Origin: Trueperaceae bacterium
GTDB taxonomy: Bacteria; Deinococcota; Deinococci; Deinococcales; Trueperaceae
DNA length: 64,000 nt
Assembly: GCA_965213925.1 (NCBI GenBank)
Contig: CBDCAM010000001.1
Coordinates: 63,738 to 127,737, forward strand
Reading direction: 5' to 3'
Below the pieces are notes generated by a model. The model saw only the letters and a list, made by a program, of their open reading frames with translations, was not told the origin of the DNA and made no database searches. The translations under genes were made by a program, and so were the position numbers. Shown here piece after piece: positions 61,091 through 64,000 of this stretch (position 1 is its first letter; the number at the start of each line of letters is the position of its first letter).

Positions 61091-62490
61091 GACAGAACCT
61101 CTTCCTTGGTGGGTCGGGAGGGACGCACGAAGCCGCCGTCACCCGCCCGGCCGACGATCTCGCCGTTTTGGTACACGAGCTTGCCGCCCACCAGCGTGGC
61201 CTCAATACTGGCGTTAAAGGTCATCCCGTCGTAAAGGCGGTCACAAAGGCGCGCCTGGGTCTGAAGCTTTTCCTTATGGATGGTCGTAGTCTTGGCGAGA
61301 TCGACCAGCACCAGGTTGGCGTCGGCGCCGGGCAGAACCGCGCCCTTGCGGGGGTAAAGACCAAAGCGCTTCGCGCCGTTCGAGCTCGTCAGGGCGACCG
61401 CCCCCTCGAGCGTGACGCGACCGCGTTCGACCGCGTCCAGCATCCCCAGCAGCAGCTCTTCGACCCCCGGCGCGCCCGGCGGGGCGGCCCAGATGTCGGT
61501 CTTGGCCCTTTCTTTTTCCTCAACGGTGAAGGGGCTGTGGTCGGTCGTGACCGCCAGCAGCGTGCCGTCTCGCAGCGCCTCCCACAGGGCCGCCTGGTCG
61601 TCTTTGGTGCGCAGGGGCGGGTTGATCTTGGCGTAAGACCCGACTCGAGCCAGGTCGTCCTCGGTAAAAAGCAGGTACTGGGGGCAGGTCTCGCCGGTGA
61701 CGTCCATGCCGGTCGTTCGGAACAGTCGCAGGGTCTCGGCCGCCGCGCGGCTGGACACGTGCGCGATGTGTAGAGGCGCGCCGATGGCGCGGTTCATGGT
61801 GAGCAGTTTGGCGATGGCCACGGCCTCGACCACCGGCGGCCGCGACTCCCCGTGTGTTCGGGTGTCGTTGCGCCCGGTCGCTCGCAGCTTTTGGGAGAAA
61901 TGTTTAAGCAGTTCGTTGCTTTCGGCGTGTACCACCAAGGCCTTGCGCGTTTCCGCCACGAGCTTGAGCGCTTCGTACTGCTCCCCCTCGCTCGGCAAGC
62001 AGAGGCCGACGAACTCGTCGTCTCGCCCCTCGGGCGCTTTCGTCATAAAGATTTTAAAACCGATCACGCCCTCCTCGACCATGCCCCGCACGTCGCGCGG
62101 CTTTAAGGTGCCGGGCGCGCCGTAGAGGGCGAAATTCACGAAGGCGCCTTTTTCAAACAGCTCGCGCCTCTGGCGCACCACCTCGGGCGTGGCGCAGCAG
62201 GGCTTGGATATAGGCATCTCGAACACCGTGGTCACACCCCCGGCGGCGGCGGCCCGCGTTTCCGTCTCGACGGTGCCGCGCGCGGGGTAGGCGGGCGCGC
62301 GCACGTGAAAGTGGATGTCGATGGCGCCGGGCAAGAGGTGTTTGCCCGTCCCGTCGATGACCATTGAGGCCTCGGCGGGGGTGTTGGGCTCGAGCAGGGC
62401 CGCGACGCGCCCACGGGCAAGCGCGACGTCGAGGCGTTGCTGACCTCCGGGGGTCACCACGGTTGCGCCGCGGATCAGAGTATCGAACAT
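61087..62490 (-). CDS. Dihydroorotase/allantoinase-like amidohydrolase
   Basis: PGAIDIHFH, AAAGGVTT, VHAE, HIAHVS, KINPPLR, TDHSP. Confidence 0.9.
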   Translation of the reverse strand: MFDTLIRGATVVTPGGQQRLDVALARGRVAALLEPNTPAEASMVIDGTGKHLLPGAIDIHFHVRAPAYPARGTVETETRAAAAGGVTTVFEMPISKPCCATPEVVRQRRELFEKGAFVNFALYGAPGTLKPRDVRGMVEEGVIGFKIFMTKAPEGRDDEFVGLCLPSEGEQYEALKLVAETRKALVVHAESNELLKHFSQKLRATGRNDTRTHGESRPPVVEAVAIAKLLTMNRAIGAPLHIAHVSSRAAAETLRLFRTTGMDVTGETCPQYLLFTEDDLARVGSYAKINPPLRTKDDQAALWEALRDGTLLAVTTDHSPFTVEEKERAKTDIWAAPPGAPGVEELLLGMLDAVERGRVTLEGAVALTSSNGAKRFGLYPRKGAVLPGADANLVLVDLAKTTTIHKEKLQTQARLCDRLYDGMTFNASIEATLVGGKLVYQNGEIVGRAGDGGFVRPSRPTKEEVLS

Positions 62491-62670
62491 GCAGCCTCCT
62501 ATGCTGCCGGTTGCGTCGAATTACTTTGAACGACATCAAGCTACGACAGCTCATTTCAACCGTAGCTCTTACCGACTTTTCAAAAGTTGCTTTATCCTTT
62601 ATCACAGATATGAAAAGATAATAAAAACATTCATTTGGGTGCTCATAAGCATACCTGCACCTCATCCAGG

Positions 62671-63831
62671 TCAACCTCTTTCTAGCATAGTGCGGCGAAG
62701 AAAGCCGGTGATAATCGCTTCGCATCGATCAAGAGCGGCCAATTCGACATACTCATCAGCGGCGTGTGCAACTTCATAGCTGCCCGGACCAAACACAACC
62801 ATGTCGCCACGTGCCAGCTTCATAAGATGCTTGGCATCACTTCCCGGAAGGTAGCCGATCGGTTGCGTATTACTATCCGTTACAGACCGAACGGTAATGA
62901 GAAACGCGCGCCCAAGGTCGGTCTCAAGACTAGATTCGAACCAACTCGAAAATAGGAAGTCGTCGACGCTCACGTCGGCGGGCGCGATATCCACATTTCC
63001 GACAACATGTTTAAGTTCGTCTTGAACCGCTTCAGGATCTTCCCCTGGGATCATCCGTCGGTCAATCCTGATTACGCAACTGTCAGGAACTGCGTTGGCG
63101 GTATTCCCCCCTTTGATGGTTCCCACGTTGCAAGTCGGGTGACCGACCAGCGGGTGCTGGCGCGAGGCGAGTTTTTTGTGGTAAGTGTTGAGCGCGAGCA
63201 CAATTTTGGACATAGCAGCAATAGCATTTATTCCGCGGTCCGGATTGGTGGCGTGGACTGAGCGTCCCCTGGTGGTGATGGTCGCCCGCATTACCCCCTT
63301 GTGAGCTAAAGCCACATGATTGTGAGTCTGCTCCCCAACAATGATAAAGTCTGATGAATAAAGATGACCTGCATCGACTAACCACTTTGTGCCCAGCTGT
63401 CCTCCAGTTTCCTCCTCGGCGGCGGCGGCGAGCACCAAAGTACCGCGGAATATACTAGCCGCAGCGATCTTGCTAAACGCGATCATCATCGCAGCCAGAG
63501 GAGCCTTGTCATCAACGCTGCCCTTGCCATACATGCGGCCGTCCATCACAGTTGGGGTGTACGGAGCCCGTGACCACTCCTTCGCTTCAGCCTCGCCAAC
63601 GGGCACGGTGTCTATATGAGCGTGCAGCGTGATTACAGGCGGCTCTCCACTCCCGAGGACTGCCACCACGCTGTGCGCCTCCGTCTTCTCGGAGGGGTAG
63701 ACCGTATGGACTGCGGCGTCAGTACTGCGCAGCCACCTATCGATAAAGCTTGCAATCCTGCGAGCGTCTCCTGGCGGATTTGGAGAAGGTATGCGAATGA
63801 GATCCGCTAAAAGTTGATGTAGCTCGGTCAT
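62671..63831 (-). CDS. M20 family metallopeptidase (ArgE/DapE-like)
   Basis: HIDTVP, GKGSVDDK, EETGG, G.SVH, DRR, AH..DE. Confidence 0.92.
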   Translation of the reverse strand: MTELHQLLADLIRIPSPNPPGDARRIASFIDRWLRSTDAAVHTVYPSEKTEAHSVVAVLGSGEPPVITLHAHIDTVPVGEAEAKEWSRAPYTPTVMDGRMYGKGSVDDKAPLAAMMIAFSKIAAASIFRGTLVLAAAAEEETGGQLGTKWLVDAGHLYSSDFIIVGEQTHNHVALAHKGVMRATITTRGRSVHATNPDRGINAIAAMSKIVLALNTYHKKLASRQHPLVGHPTCNVGTIKGGNTANAVPDSCVIRIDRRMIPGEDPEAVQDELKHVVGNVDIAPADVSVDDFLFSSWFESSLETDLGRAFLITVRSVTDSNTQPIGYLPGSDAKHLMKLARGDMVVFGPGSYEVAHAADEYVELAALDRCEAIITGFLRRTMLERG

Positions 63832-64000
63832 CTAGCGAGCGCGCCTAACACTTCCGCAGCGAAGCGGCACACGCCACCATTCGCAGGTCATAAGGTGGAT
63901 GATGGAAAGGTGTCCCGTTGCTAGGGATAGCTACCTTCGACCCCGCTTTATCATGAGGGGAACAAAAGAGGACAGGTAAAGTCATCAGATGCCCCTCACG

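Noticed and set aside
1..64000. rRNA, tRNA, prophage structural or conjugation (T4SS) genes
   Set aside because: None recognised by eye.

Overview
The window looks like part of a large iteron-type plasmid or secondary replicon. A Deinococcota (Truepera-like) host is inferred from gene style and strong CTCGAG enrichment, but this is not proven. Layout: (i) 0.15-11.5 kb, a ROK-regulated amino-sugar uptake and catabolism cluster; (ii) 11.6-20.4 kb, a decayed defence/IS region holding an Avs3-like (AVAST type III) gene disrupted four ways, IS3/IS6/IS4 elements and a RES-Xre toxin-antitoxin pair; (iii) 21-27 kb, an intact backbone of beta-CASP nuclease, parAB, an iteron origin and a Rep_3 initiator; (iv) 27-43 kb, a poorly characterised backbone region; (v) 43-64 kb, sugar/polyol ABC clusters bounded by IS6 remnants, then an amidohydrolase operon. 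The most unusual signals are in region iv. These are a 512-bp indel-free array of 64 phased TGYR-NNNN octamers directly upstream of a degenerate ParF-like parA, a duplicated ~510-bp non-coding module with five ACCATTTRKGGT boxes and a covarying inverted pair, three paralogues of an unrecognised RLWWY-motif protein, and two HU-derived 23-aa ORFs that stop at the same codon. No rRNA, tRNA or CRISPR array was seen. All family calls are by eye from motifs; no searches were run.
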